Assembly: GCA_947632205.1 (NCBI GenBank)
Contig: CANROK010000003.1
Location: 1-47,829, forward strand
Origin: an uncultured Bacilli bacterium
GTDB lineage: Bacteria; Bacillota_I; Bacilli_A; RF39; UBA660
Length of the DNA stretch: 47,829 nt
Direction: 5' to 3'
The notes beneath the pieces are model-generated. The model searched no databases. It saw nothing but the letters and a program-made list of their open reading frames with translations, and was not told where the DNA came from. Made by a program: the position numbers and the translations under genes. Numbering within the stretch: position 1 is the first letter of the stretch; each line of letters begins with the position of its first letter. This document shows positions 20,132 through 29,031 of the stretch, one piece after another.

Positions 20132-21652
20132 TTAAATATAAGTCATTACAGTGAATAATACTAATAGAATAATTAACATTCCAAGAGCAAATATCCAAAT
20201 ATATTTAAACCATGTCTTATAGTCAATTTTTAAATATGATAAACCAACTAACAATAATGCACTAGTTGGAATAACTAATTGTACCCAACCATATAAAGTA
20301 ACAAATATAGTATGAATAATAGTTACATTATCAGCAAAATTATTTATAAAATATGGAGCAATTGTATATGCTGTAAAGTCTAAATATGAATAGAATGTAC
20401 TAGAGATAATTGCTACTAAAGATGTTAAATATGGATTGAAATTAGAACTTATTTTAGCAATTAAATAAGCAATAGTTGGAACATATAGACACATATAGGC
20501 AATAACCATAATTGCAAAAACTCCAATTACAAATAATACTGGTTTTAAAATTTTCTTTAATCCTTCTAAGCAACCATCAATATATTCATCAATTTTTATT
20601 TTACCAACTATTGCTACAATTATTGAAGCAATAATTAAAATAGTAGATAAAACAAATAAATCCCAAGTTCCAAAAGGACCAATATTACTTTGAGATGAAG
20701 GAATAACATAATTTCCTAAAAGGTATCTTACAATTGGAAATTCACCAATTTGTAAATCTAATAACCAACTATGGAAATTACTAAATGCTGTAATACCAAA
20801 TGAATCTTCCCATTTAACAAAGCCCAAAATTACTATAATAAATAAGATTGTTAAACCAATAATTGGTAGTACAATATTTCCTTTCTTTTCTACTTTTTCT
20901 ACTTTAAATGGATCATCATCCATTTCATCAACATTTTTATTTTTCAATACTTTTTTAATATGTAAAATTGTAAAGAAATTAAATAATATAAATCCAATGG
21001 CTGTAATTAAGAAACGATATAATATTCCTTCAGTATTACTTACTGAAAAATAATAATTTATCCAATATAATCCTTCACTACCATAAGTTACACCCATTAA
21101 GCCAACTAATATTGAACCAAATGTTATGACAAAAGCACTTATTTTATCAAGTTTCATTGCAAGAGCAATTGATATTAATAATGGTACAAATGTTAATACA
21201 GCATAAGTATCAGCAAATAATGTCGTCATAACTACAATTAGTAATGAACTTAATATTGCAAATAATATTTCCTTTCCTTTTAATTTTTCAGCTACAGTTA
21301 AAACAAATTTCTTATATCCTTTGCTTTTTGATAAAACACCATAAAAGGCACCAAGAACTAGTAAGAAAATAATTTTATCATGTGCTAAATAAATGGAATT
21401 ATAGATAACATTAGGAATATCTGAAATTCCAAGTGGACTTAATCCTCTTCCAGCAAATTCACTAGAATAGTAAAAACCATTACTTACTTCAAAAATCCAA
21501 GTAAGAGCAAATGCTAAACCAATGAATAAGAAAATCCATTTGGCTAAACTATGTTTCTTAGATTTTTTAACAATAAGAAATCCAGCTACTATTGCTAATA
21601 ATAAAATAACTACTAGACATATAATTCGACCCCAAGTCATTTCTGCTGTCAT
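20132..21652 (-). CDS. YfcC/DcuC-like polytopic membrane transporter
   Basis: More than 10 hydrophobic segments. YfcC-like blocks IFLLVLGAFYGVL...KLKGKE and PTSALLLVGLSYLKIDYKTWFKYIW. Substrate unknown. Confidence 0.72.
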   Translation of the reverse strand: MTAEMTWGRIICLVVILLLAIVAGFLIVKKSKKHSLAKWIFLFIGLAFALTWIFEVSNGFYYSSEFAGRGLSPLGISDIPNVIYNSIYLAHDKIIFLLVLGAFYGVLSKSKGYKKFVLTVAEKLKGKEILFAILSSLLIVVMTTLFADTYAVLTFVPLLISIALAMKLDKISAFVITFGSILVGLMGVTYGSEGLYWINYYFSVSNTEGILYRFLITAIGFILFNFFTILHIKKVLKNKNVDEMDDDPFKVEKVEKKGNIVLPIIGLTILFIIVILGFVKWEDSFGITAFSNFHSWLLDLQIGEFPIVRYLLGNYVIPSSQSNIGPFGTWDLFVLSTILIIASIIVAIVGKIKIDEYIDGCLEGLKKILKPVLFVIGVFAIMVIAYMCLYVPTIAYLIAKISSNFNPYLTSLVAIISSTFYSYLDFTAYTIAPYFINNFADNVTIIHTIFVTLYGWVQLVIPTSALLLVGLSYLKIDYKTWFKYIWIFALGMLIILLVLFTVMTYI

Positions 21653-21761
21653 TTTTTACCTCCTATAAAAATTATAACACTACCATTTATAAAAAAAAAG
21701 CATTTTTGCTTTTTTCTCTTAAATAAATTAAAAAAAGATCTCTATGAGATCTTATACTTTA

Positions 21762-22307
21762 TTAGATTTTATACATTTTTGATTTATTTCTTGTTGCTAG
21801 ATAAGCACCAGCAGCCATTACAACAATTGCACCTAAAGCTATATAAGGTAATGTAGAACCAGTTTTTGGATTTGATTGAGCCGGTGTATTTGGTGTAGCT
21901 GTTTGAAGATTATAACTTACTTCACAACCTGCAGTATCTGATTCTGTATAAGTATAATTTAAAATTCTACCATCCCAAGTTGAAGCAGCACCATTAATAT
22001 GTTTAATAGTTACATTCCAAATTACAGCACCATCTTTTGTAACTTTTTCAATTCCTTTAATTTCCCATTCAAGTGTGGCAGATGGTTCAAGAGTTACGTT
22101 ATCAACAACTGCACCATTTACTGGTGTAAAGGAAATAGTTTTTTCAGTTACACTATCATCACTTATAACAACATTAAATGTACAATTATGTTGTTTGCCA
22201 TTAACTGTACAACTTGGTGGACTAACTAATTGAGTTGTAGCATGTACAACCATTGGAACAAAAAGTGCTATTATAAACATTACCATTATTCCTAAATTTT
22301 TCTTCAT
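21762..22307 (-). CDS. Sortase-anchored surface protein with NPKTG sorting signal
   Basis: Signal peptide ending VHA; C-terminal NPKTG, then a hydrophobic helix and basic tail RNKSKMYKI. Confidence 0.85.
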   Translation of the reverse strand: MKKNLGIMVMFIIALFVPMVVHATTQLVSPPSCTVNGKQHNCTFNVVISDDSVTEKTISFTPVNGAVVDNVTLEPSATLEWEIKGIEKVTKDGAVIWNVTIKHINGAASTWDGRILNYTYTESDTAGCEVSYNLQTATPNTPAQSNPKTGSTLPYIALGAIVVMAAGAYLATRNKSKMYKI

Positions 22308-22432
22308 TTTATCCTCTCCTACTCTCTATTATGTCAACATTATAGCATAAAAATACAAAAAACAACATATTTTTAAATTTTTTTTATTAAAATATGTCAA
22401 ATTGTGTTATTATATATAATAGGAGAAGTATT

Positions 22433-24049
22433 ATGAATAAGTTGTTATTTCAAATTAAAGATAGTAAACTTTTAGTTCAAATAAAAAGACGTTTAAGTAC
22501 TGATCAAAAAAATATTATTAATACTAATGTAATTAGTCAAAACGAATTATTATTTAGTGATGAATATATTACAAGTAATATAAAAATAATGCATAGTTTT
22601 ATTAAAGAATTAGTTAACAATTATAATTTAGATACTTTAGTTATAAAAGAATATAGTATTGCTCCTTTAATATTAGAAGTTATTGGAGGCATTACTAAAT
22701 TAAAAGTATTACAATTACTTGAAGAATCTATTTTAACTTATAAAATATGTGAAAAAATTATTAAAACTAATACTATAAAGTATATATCAGTTTATAATAT
22801 TCCAACATTTTTATTAGAAATGTTAGATAAAGAAAATATAACTGTATCCTCTAGAAACGAAATATTATTTTCTAGTAAATTTATGGCTTATAACAATTTA
22901 GATAATTATTCTGCTATTTATTATAAAACTAAAATAGTTTTAAATTTTCCTTTAATGAAAGATGATGAAGAAGATTTTGAAGCTTTTATTAAAAATAATC
23001 GTTATTTAAAACATATATATATAAATAAAATTAATAAAAATGATTTAGAAAATGTATTAGAAATTATTGATAAAGAAAAATTAAAAAATATTAAAATACA
23101 TGTAGAACAAAATATAAATGACATTGAATTAATTGAATATTTGAAAAAAATAAATAAAAAGAATGCTAAAACAAAGAGAATTCAATTTAAAATTGATTAT
23201 TCTAAAGAATATTTAGAAGACAACCTAATGAGTCAAGTTCAATTAAATACCATTAAATTATGCATAGTAATTTCTCTATTTTTTGTAAGTTCTCTAATAT
23301 TATATGTTTTTTATTCTAATTATGTATCTATGCAAAAAGTTGATAATATTAAAGAAGATATAACATCAGCCATTGCTAATTATGTAGATGAAAATAATTA
23401 TGATGAAGATTCTACCCCAGATAACAACACTGAAAATGATAATGATAATAATTTAGAGCCACCACTAGTAACTGATAAAAAAGAAATAACTAAAGATATG
23501 AAAGCGTTATTAGAAATAAATAAAGATACAGTTGGCTGGCTAAAAGTTAATAATACCAATATTGATTATCCAGTAGTGCAAAGTAAAGATAATGATTATT
23601 ATTTAACACATAATTTTAAAGATGATGAAGATAAAAATGGATGGGTATTTATTGATTATCGAGCTGATATGGAAAATTTAAGTAGTAATACTATAATATT
23701 TGGTCATAACATGTATTATAGTGGTGTTATGTTTGGAACATTATATAAAGTTAAATTTTCAAGTTGGTATGAAAAAGAAGAAAATCAAATAATAGAATTT
23801 AGTAATTTGTATAAAAAAATGAAATGGAAAATATTTTCTATTTATGTAGTTCCAAAAACCACTGATTATTTAATTGCCGAATTTAGTACCAAAGATAATT
23901 ATCAAAAATTCTTAGATATGATAACGAAAAGAAGTATTCATAATTTTAATACCGAAGTAACAACGGATGACAAAATAATTACTTTATCTACATGTACAAA
24001 TAATAGTAAAAGCCGTCTAGTTGTCCATGCCGTGTTATTAGATGATTGA
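22433..24049 (+). CDS. srtB: Class B sortase with long N-terminal extension
   Basis: TVGWLKVNNTNIDYPVVQ, DNDYYL, IFGHNM, TLSTC and RLVVHA (His/Cys/Arg triad). TM helix follows about 275 aa of N-terminal sequence. ATG at 22433 behind AGGAGA. Confidence 0.9.
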   Translation: MNKLLFQIKDSKLLVQIKRRLSTDQKNIINTNVISQNELLFSDEYITSNIKIMHSFIKELVNNYNLDTLVIKEYSIAPLILEVIGGITKLKVLQLLEESILTYKICEKIIKTNTIKYISVYNIPTFLLEMLDKENITVSSRNEILFSSKFMAYNNLDNYSAIYYKTKIVLNFPLMKDDEEDFEAFIKNNRYLKHIYINKINKNDLENVLEIIDKEKLKNIKIHVEQNINDIELIEYLKKINKKNAKTKRIQFKIDYSKEYLEDNLMSQVQLNTIKLCIVISLFFVSSLILYVFYSNYVSMQKVDNIKEDITSAIANYVDENNYDEDSTPDNNTENDNDNNLEPPLVTDKKEITKDMKALLEINKDTVGWLKVNNTNIDYPVVQSKDNDYYLTHNFKDDEDKNGWVFIDYRADMENLSSNTIIFGHNMYYSGVMFGTLYKVKFSSWYEKEENQIIEFSNLYKKMKWKIFSIYVVPKTTDYLIAEFSTKDNYQKFLDMITKRSIHNFNTEVTTDDKIITLSTCTNNSKSRLVVHAVLLDD

Positions 24050-24051
24050 TT

Positions 24052-24083
24052 AAAAAAAATGATTTTTCAAAAATCATTTTTTT
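24052..24083. terminator. Bidirectional terminator
   Basis: AAAAAAATGATTTTT-C-AAAAATCATTTTTTT inverted repeat between convergent genes. Confidence 0.65.
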
Positions 24084-24726
24084 AGAAGTTTGCATCACAA
24101 GTAAATGAAGTTACGGAAAATGTAAATGTTACAGTTTTATCTGCCAATGCATCTTGTATTACATCTTTTTTATTAATAAATCTAAATTGTGCTGTTATAT
24201 TTTGTGGTGATTCTTCGGTTAAACCAGAAAAGCTCCCACTTACATCAAAACCATTTGTAAAATCAGTATTACTATTAAAATCATAATCACTATTATTTAC
24301 CGATAATATTAATTGATCATTTGATTTTCCTTCCATATTTGTAAATGTTGAATATAAATTACCTAACATTGTAACATGTAAAGTAAAATGACAAGTAAAT
24401 GTTCCCGGACCAGTAACAGTTATTGTTCCAATAGCTGGTTTTTCTGTTTGACTTTCAGTTGGTACACCATTAGTAGTAGCATAATAAGTTTTATCTTCAC
24501 CAGCATTCATTAAAAGAGGTCTAGTTAATACTAACGATAAATTAGGACCATTGGCTATAGCGACAGCACCCATTGCTGGAAAAGTTGCACTACCAGTAGT
24601 AGTTTGTGATTTATCTACTGACTCAACTGATATATAAGCAAATGTAGCTCCGATTACTAAAGTTAATAAAGCGACAATAGCAATTATTGAAGGTAATAAT
24701 ATTTTTTTATTATTATTCATTATCAT
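24082..24726 (-). CDS. Secreted protein with SipW-class (TasA/CalY-like) signal peptide
   Basis: N-terminus KKILLPSIIAIVALLTLVIGATFAY matches the GxTxA(Y/F) cleavage pattern. The mature part is Thr/Ser/Asn rich and looks beta-rich. Confidence 0.65.
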   Translation of the reverse strand: MIMNNNKKILLPSIIAIVALLTLVIGATFAYISVESVDKSQTTTGSATFPAMGAVAIANGPNLSLVLTRPLLMNAGEDKTYYATTNGVPTESQTEKPAIGTITVTGPGTFTCHFTLHVTMLGNLYSTFTNMEGKSNDQLILSVNNSDYDFNSNTDFTNGFDVSGSFSGLTEESPQNITAQFRFINKKDVIQDALADKTVTFTFSVTSFTCDANF

Positions 24727-24822
24727 TAACTACACTCCCTTTACTATAAAATTATTATATAATAAAAGCTGGGATACTGTCAAATTTTCAAATTTAAAAT
24801 TTACGAAAATTTACTAAATTTA

Positions 24823-25899
24823 CTAAATATATTTTTCCATTTGTTCTAAATTTAATTGTAATCTTATATTATTTGGATCTAGTTCAAAAGCTTTTTTAAC
24901 ATTTTCATAGGCCTCTTGATATTTTTTTAAATTAAAAGCACATAAACTATTTAAATCATATATAAAACTATTCCAAGCAAATTGTTCATTAATATAACTA
25001 TTACTTTTTTCTTTAATTTTAAAGGCCTCTTGTAAAAGATTATATGCTTCTTCATATCTTTTTTCATCATAATACATAAAAGCTAATTCCACATAACTTT
25101 CTCTTAAATAAGGTGCTTCCAACATAGCTTTTTTATACCATTCTTCAGCTTTATCTCTTTCATTTTTAGCAGTATAAGAACGAGCAATAAAGCGCATTGA
25201 GGCACATCTTTCATCTTTCCAAGTAGCATTTTTTAATTCTAAATGTTTCTTTAAAGTTTCAATAGCATCATCCCATCTTTGATAATGCATATATTCTCTT
25301 CCTAAATAATGCATATTTCGATCATCATAAGGATCTTCTTTTACACTTAATTCCAGTAATGGTAAATAACTACTTCTACTTTTACTAAGATCAGGATGAT
25401 GATTTATAATTATGTTTTCACAAATAATTTCTTTTTCCGGCTTCAAAGGTTTTAAAACTTCATGAACAGGATGTGTCCATTTATACATTTTATTTTTATG
25501 AATTTTATTGGCTAAAAACGTTGTTGCAGGTTTTCCATATTCATCAAATGACCAATTATATGTATATCTTACTCTAGTAATATCATCATTCCAAACTTTT
25601 AATAATTCTTCTTTCCATCCGGGAACAAATTCTTCATCTAAATCGGTACATATACAAATATCATATTCAGAAGGAACCAGATTTAAAGCTTCATTTCTAG
25701 CTACATCAAAACGCCAAGGAATAATTTCTTTAACTGTAACATCTACTCCTTTACTTCTTAAAATATCTACAGTTTTATCAGTTGAGCCAGTATCAAGAAC
25801 TACTATTTTATCTGCATCCTTCATTGAATCAGCCCATTTAGCTGCAAAAATCTCTTCATTTTTTGAAATAGCATAAACGCATATTTTATAATTTTTCAA
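24823..25899 (-). CDS. GT2 glycosyltransferase with TPR repeats
   Basis: ICVYAISKNEE, LDTGSTD, FDVARN, DxD-type TDLDE, PVHE, then TPR-like helices (YLGREY, AEEWYKKA, AFELDPNN). Confidence 0.9.
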   Translation of the reverse strand: MKNYKICVYAISKNEEIFAAKWADSMKDADKIVVLDTGSTDKTVDILRSKGVDVTVKEIIPWRFDVARNEALNLVPSEYDICICTDLDEEFVPGWKEELLKVWNDDITRVRYTYNWSFDEYGKPATTFLANKIHKNKMYKWTHPVHEVLKPLKPEKEIICENIIINHHPDLSKSRSSYLPLLELSVKEDPYDDRNMHYLGREYMHYQRWDDAIETLKKHLELKNATWKDERCASMRFIARSYTAKNERDKAEEWYKKAMLEAPYLRESYVELAFMYYDEKRYEEAYNLLQEAFKIKEKSNSYINEQFAWNSFIYDLNSLCAFNLKKYQEAYENVKKAFELDPNNIRLQLNLEQMEKYI

Positions 25900-26026
25900 A
25901 ATATCACCTAAGATATTTTATGCCAAATTTAAAAACTTGGGTAATAAAAAAATCCTTATAAAAAGGATTTAGTGTTAATTACCCCTGAAAAAATTAACGT
26001 CATATATGTTAGCACATATTTTCTTT

Positions 26027-27127
26027 TTAGTCAAATTTTTTTTGCCTATTTAAAGTATTACCTTTAAAAGATAAGCTATTTAAATGATTTTCATCTTTAA
26101 AAAAGATTCCCAAATTATGAATACTTACAATTAATCTTGCTAAAGCTTGACTATTTTTATAATAAAGTTTTAATTCATCAATAGTTTTTAAACTTAAACT
26201 ATGTAAATTTCTTATATCATATTTTTTCAATTTTTTATAATTCTCTAAATCAATTTTACCATTAATATACAATTCTTCTATTGTAATATTTAAATAATCA
26301 TCTAGCGTATTTAAATTACGATTATCATGTATATTGATAAAATTCAATCCCATAACTTCTAAAGATATTTTAATTACATTTTTTAAATTTGGTTCAAGAT
26401 ATATTTGATTTAAAACATTTTGAAAACTTTGTAAATTAGATAAATTATAACAAATGAAAAATCTTTTTAAAATATCAGCATTATTTTTATAAAAAAACCA
26501 ATACATACTAGAATTAAGAATTGTATCTACATTATTTTTTAAAATAATATTTCTTTTCTCCAAAGTTTTGAGTTCATCAATAAATTTTAAATTTAAATTA
26601 TGAATTACAAATTCTATCTCTTTAATTGATTTATTACTAAGTGTCATTTTAGCCAGTTCATATCTACTAAACATTAATAATTCTCCAATAGTATAAATAT
26701 TATTTTTAATTAATATTCCTTTTATATAATAAGAAAAATTGAATTCATCTATTGTTCTATTACAATATTTTTCGTTAATTGCTACAGAAGATAGTTTATT
26801 TTTATCATTAACAATTAAAATTCTTCGGTATAATAATAACATTATTCTATCTATTTTTTTTAAAATTCTTTGCGTACTTAAATTATATATTTCAGCAAGT
26901 TTAGTACTTGCTAAACGAACACCATTATTTAAAATACCAAAATATTGTCTAATCATTAAAGTTTGTTCTTCATTTAAAGGCATAACAATACTTTTATTAA
27001 GATTATATAAATCATTAACTAGAAAAGAAATTGCTTCATCATAATTTTTATTTTTTATATTATTTTTTTCTAAAAATTCAAATTTTAAATATTTTAAAAC
27101 TTCTTCTTTTGTAACAATTCTTTTCAT
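26027..27127 (-). CDS. Protein with sigma70 region-4-like HTH and RNA polymerase alpha-CTD-like repeats
   Basis: Sigma4-like LNEEQTLMIRQYFGI...LAEIYNLSTQRI; alpha-CTD-like TIDEFNFS...NIYTIGELL...SIKEIEFVIHNLNLKF; second degenerate copy ITIEEL...SIHNLGIFF. Judged by eye. Confidence 0.6.
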   Translation of the reverse strand: MKRIVTKEEVLKYLKFEFLEKNNIKNKNYDEAISFLVNDLYNLNKSIVMPLNEEQTLMIRQYFGILNNGVRLASTKLAEIYNLSTQRILKKIDRIMLLLYRRILIVNDKNKLSSVAINEKYCNRTIDEFNFSYYIKGILIKNNIYTIGELLMFSRYELAKMTLSNKSIKEIEFVIHNLNLKFIDELKTLEKRNIILKNNVDTILNSSMYWFFYKNNADILKRFFICYNLSNLQSFQNVLNQIYLEPNLKNVIKISLEVMGLNFINIHDNRNLNTLDDYLNITIEELYINGKIDLENYKKLKKYDIRNLHSLSLKTIDELKLYYKNSQALARLIVSIHNLGIFFKDENHLNSLSFKGNTLNRQKKFD

Positions 27128-27150
27128 GCATTCACCTCAATTTTTTCTTT

Positions 27151-27178
27151 ATTATACTTTATTTAAATTTTTTGTCAA
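27151..27178 (-). promoter_or_regulatory. Consensus SigA promoter for the sigma4/alpha-CTD gene
   Basis: TTGACA-N16-TATAAT on the minus strand, followed by RBS GAGGTG. Confidence 0.65.
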
Positions 27179-27306
27179 TTAAAAAGTGGATTATTTCCTT
27201 TCTTATTTTTAAGCCCAGCAGTTTAGGAATATAAAAGCCAATATTGGAAACGTTTTTTAACATTTTACCAAATAAAAAAAGGATAAACCTTTTTTTATTT
27301 CATTCA

Positions 27307-27783
27307 TTATCCAGCTGCTGGACCTGTTGGGCCTTCTGGACCTGTTGGACCTTCTGGACCTGTTGGACCCTCTGGACCTGTTGGGCCTTCTGGACCTGTT
27401 GGACCTTCTGGACCTGTTACACCTTCAGGACCTGTTGGACCTTCTGGACCTGTTACACCTTCAGGACCTGTTGGACCCTCTGGACCAGTTACACCTTGTG
27501 GACCTGTTGGACCTTCTGGACCAGTTATACCTTGTGGACCTGTTGGACCAATCGGACCTGTTGGACCTTGTGGTATAGTTAAATTCAAAATAAAATTAGG
27601 TGATGTTCCAGTTATACTAGCGGCAGCCATAGTTCCTGGAGCACCAGTTGTAACAGTACCTATTTGTAATGTTGGCGTCACTCCTCCACCTCCGTTAACT
27701 GGGACAATGCAACAACATGGTTGTGGTCGGTAACATTTATTAAAGTTTTCAATAATACATCTTGCACGTTCAACATTATTCAT
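27307..27783 (-). CDS. Collagen-like protein (BclA-like, probable spore surface)
   Basis: ATG at 27783 behind GGGAGGG; Cys-rich N-terminus (PQPCCC); 28 consecutive G-X-Y triplets; terminator hairpin at about 27273-27298. Confidence 0.88.
   Translation of the reverse strand: MNNVERARCIIENFNKCYRPQPCCCIVPVNGGGGVTPTLQIGTVTTGAPGTMAAASITGTSPNFILNLTIPQGPTGPIGPTGPQGITGPEGPTGPQGVTGPEGPTGPEGVTGPEGPTGPEGVTGPEGPTGPEGPTGPEGPTGPEGPTGPEGPTGPAAG
27316..27567 (-). repeat. Coding tandem repeat (9-nt period, 18/36-nt super-period) encoding GPT/GPE/GVT triplets
   Basis: Near-identical GGACCTGTTGGACCTTCT units on the plus strand over 252 bp. Confidence 0.95.
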
Positions 27784-27845
27784 TTTTCCCTCCCATTTAT
27801 AAGATATGACCTTATCTTGTAATTGCAAAGTTCAAATGACTATTA

Positions 27846-28964
27846 TTAAATATTTAATTTTTGAATGCTTTCTTTTAAATAATATATAAACTTATCAACT
27901 TCTTCTTTTGTTGTTAAATGTGATAAACTAATTCTAATACTTGATTTAGCCCTCTCAATATCTTTAGTTAATTCTAAAACATTTAAACTAAAATCATTCG
28001 TACTACAAGCAATTTTAGTTGATAAATATATATCATATTCTTCTAATGCATGCATAATTGTTTCAGATTTTATATTTTCAATACTTATATTTAAAATATG
28101 CGGTATACAATTGTCATTACTATTTATTATTATATTTGGAATTTTTATTAATTTTTCTCTTAAATATTTATTTAAATTTGAAACATATTCATAATTTTTA
28201 GATAGATTATCATAAATCAATCTAATGGCTTTAGCAAAAGATACAATTAAAGGATGTGCTGGTGTTCCACTTCGATAAATAGATGTAGATTTACCACCAT
28301 GAATAAGCGGCTCAATTTCTAATTTTTCATTTTTAATTAAAGCCCCAATACCTTTTAATCCATATATTTTATGAGCTGAAATACTAGCTAAATCAACATT
28401 ATCTAAGTTTATATGTATTTTACCTAAACTTTGTGTTAAATCAGTATGAAAAAAACATTTAGGATACTGTTTAATTAATAAAGCAATATCTTCAATAGGA
28501 TTTAAAATTCCAATTTCACTATTAACAGCACAAATACTAACTAAAATAGTATTATCAGTGATTAAAGATTTTAAATTATCAATATCGACTACACCATTAT
28601 GATCACACTTAACATAAGATATTTCAAAACCAAGAGTTTCTAAATATTTTAGTGTTTCATTAATAGAAGAATGTTCATATTTAGTAGTAATTATTTGTTT
28701 ACCTCTATTTTGATATTTTAAACAAATACCCTTTATTGCTAAATTATTTGCTTCACTTGAACTACTAGTATAGATTATTTCTTTATCATTTAATTTTAAT
28801 AATTCTTTTATTTGTTCTGTTGCTTCATTTATTAATTTATCTATTCTTATACCAAGTTTATGTAAAGAATTAGCATTACCTATAAAATCAAGATTTGCTT
28901 TATTAAAACTATCTAATACTTCTTTATTTACCGGAGTTGTAGCACTATAATCTAAATAAATCAT
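27846..28964 (-). CDS. Cysteine desulfurase (IscS/NifS family)
   Basis: IYLDYSATTP, NANSLH, SAHKIYG (PLP lysine), RSGT and catalytic ACS. Confidence 0.93.
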   Translation of the reverse strand: MIYLDYSATTPVNKEVLDSFNKANLDFIGNANSLHKLGIRIDKLINEATEQIKELLKLNDKEIIYTSSSSEANNLAIKGICLKYQNRGKQIITTKYEHSSINETLKYLETLGFEISYVKCDHNGVVDIDNLKSLITDNTILVSICAVNSEIGILNPIEDIALLIKQYPKCFFHTDLTQSLGKIHINLDNVDLASISAHKIYGLKGIGALIKNEKLEIEPLIHGGKSTSIYRSGTPAHPLIVSFAKAIRLIYDNLSKNYEYVSNLNKYLREKLIKIPNIIINSNDNCIPHILNISIENIKSETIMHALEEYDIYLSTKIACSTNDFSLNVLELTKDIERAKSSIRISLSHLTTKEEVDKFIYYLKESIQKLNI

Positions 28965-29031
28965 AATATTTCCTCTTTTCTTAGGAGATTATAACACTTG
29001 AAATACATAAAAAAAAGAGAAAATTTCTCTT

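Noticed and set aside
25972-26002. Hairpin GTTAATT-ACCCCTGAAAA-AATTAAC, whose ATTACCCCTGA resembles ATTACCCCCCTGA in the toxin leader near 47603
   Set aside because: The match is short and there is no linked peptide ORF or antisense unit; chance cannot be excluded.
27160-27263. Possible 34-codon minus-strand ORF (MLKNVSNIGF...)
   Set aside because: No RBS, and it runs over the downstream promoter.
27244-27582. Plus-strand ORFs with CWTFWT and LLDLLD repeats
   Set aside because: Antisense shadows of the collagen repeat; the minus-strand gene has the RBS and terminator.
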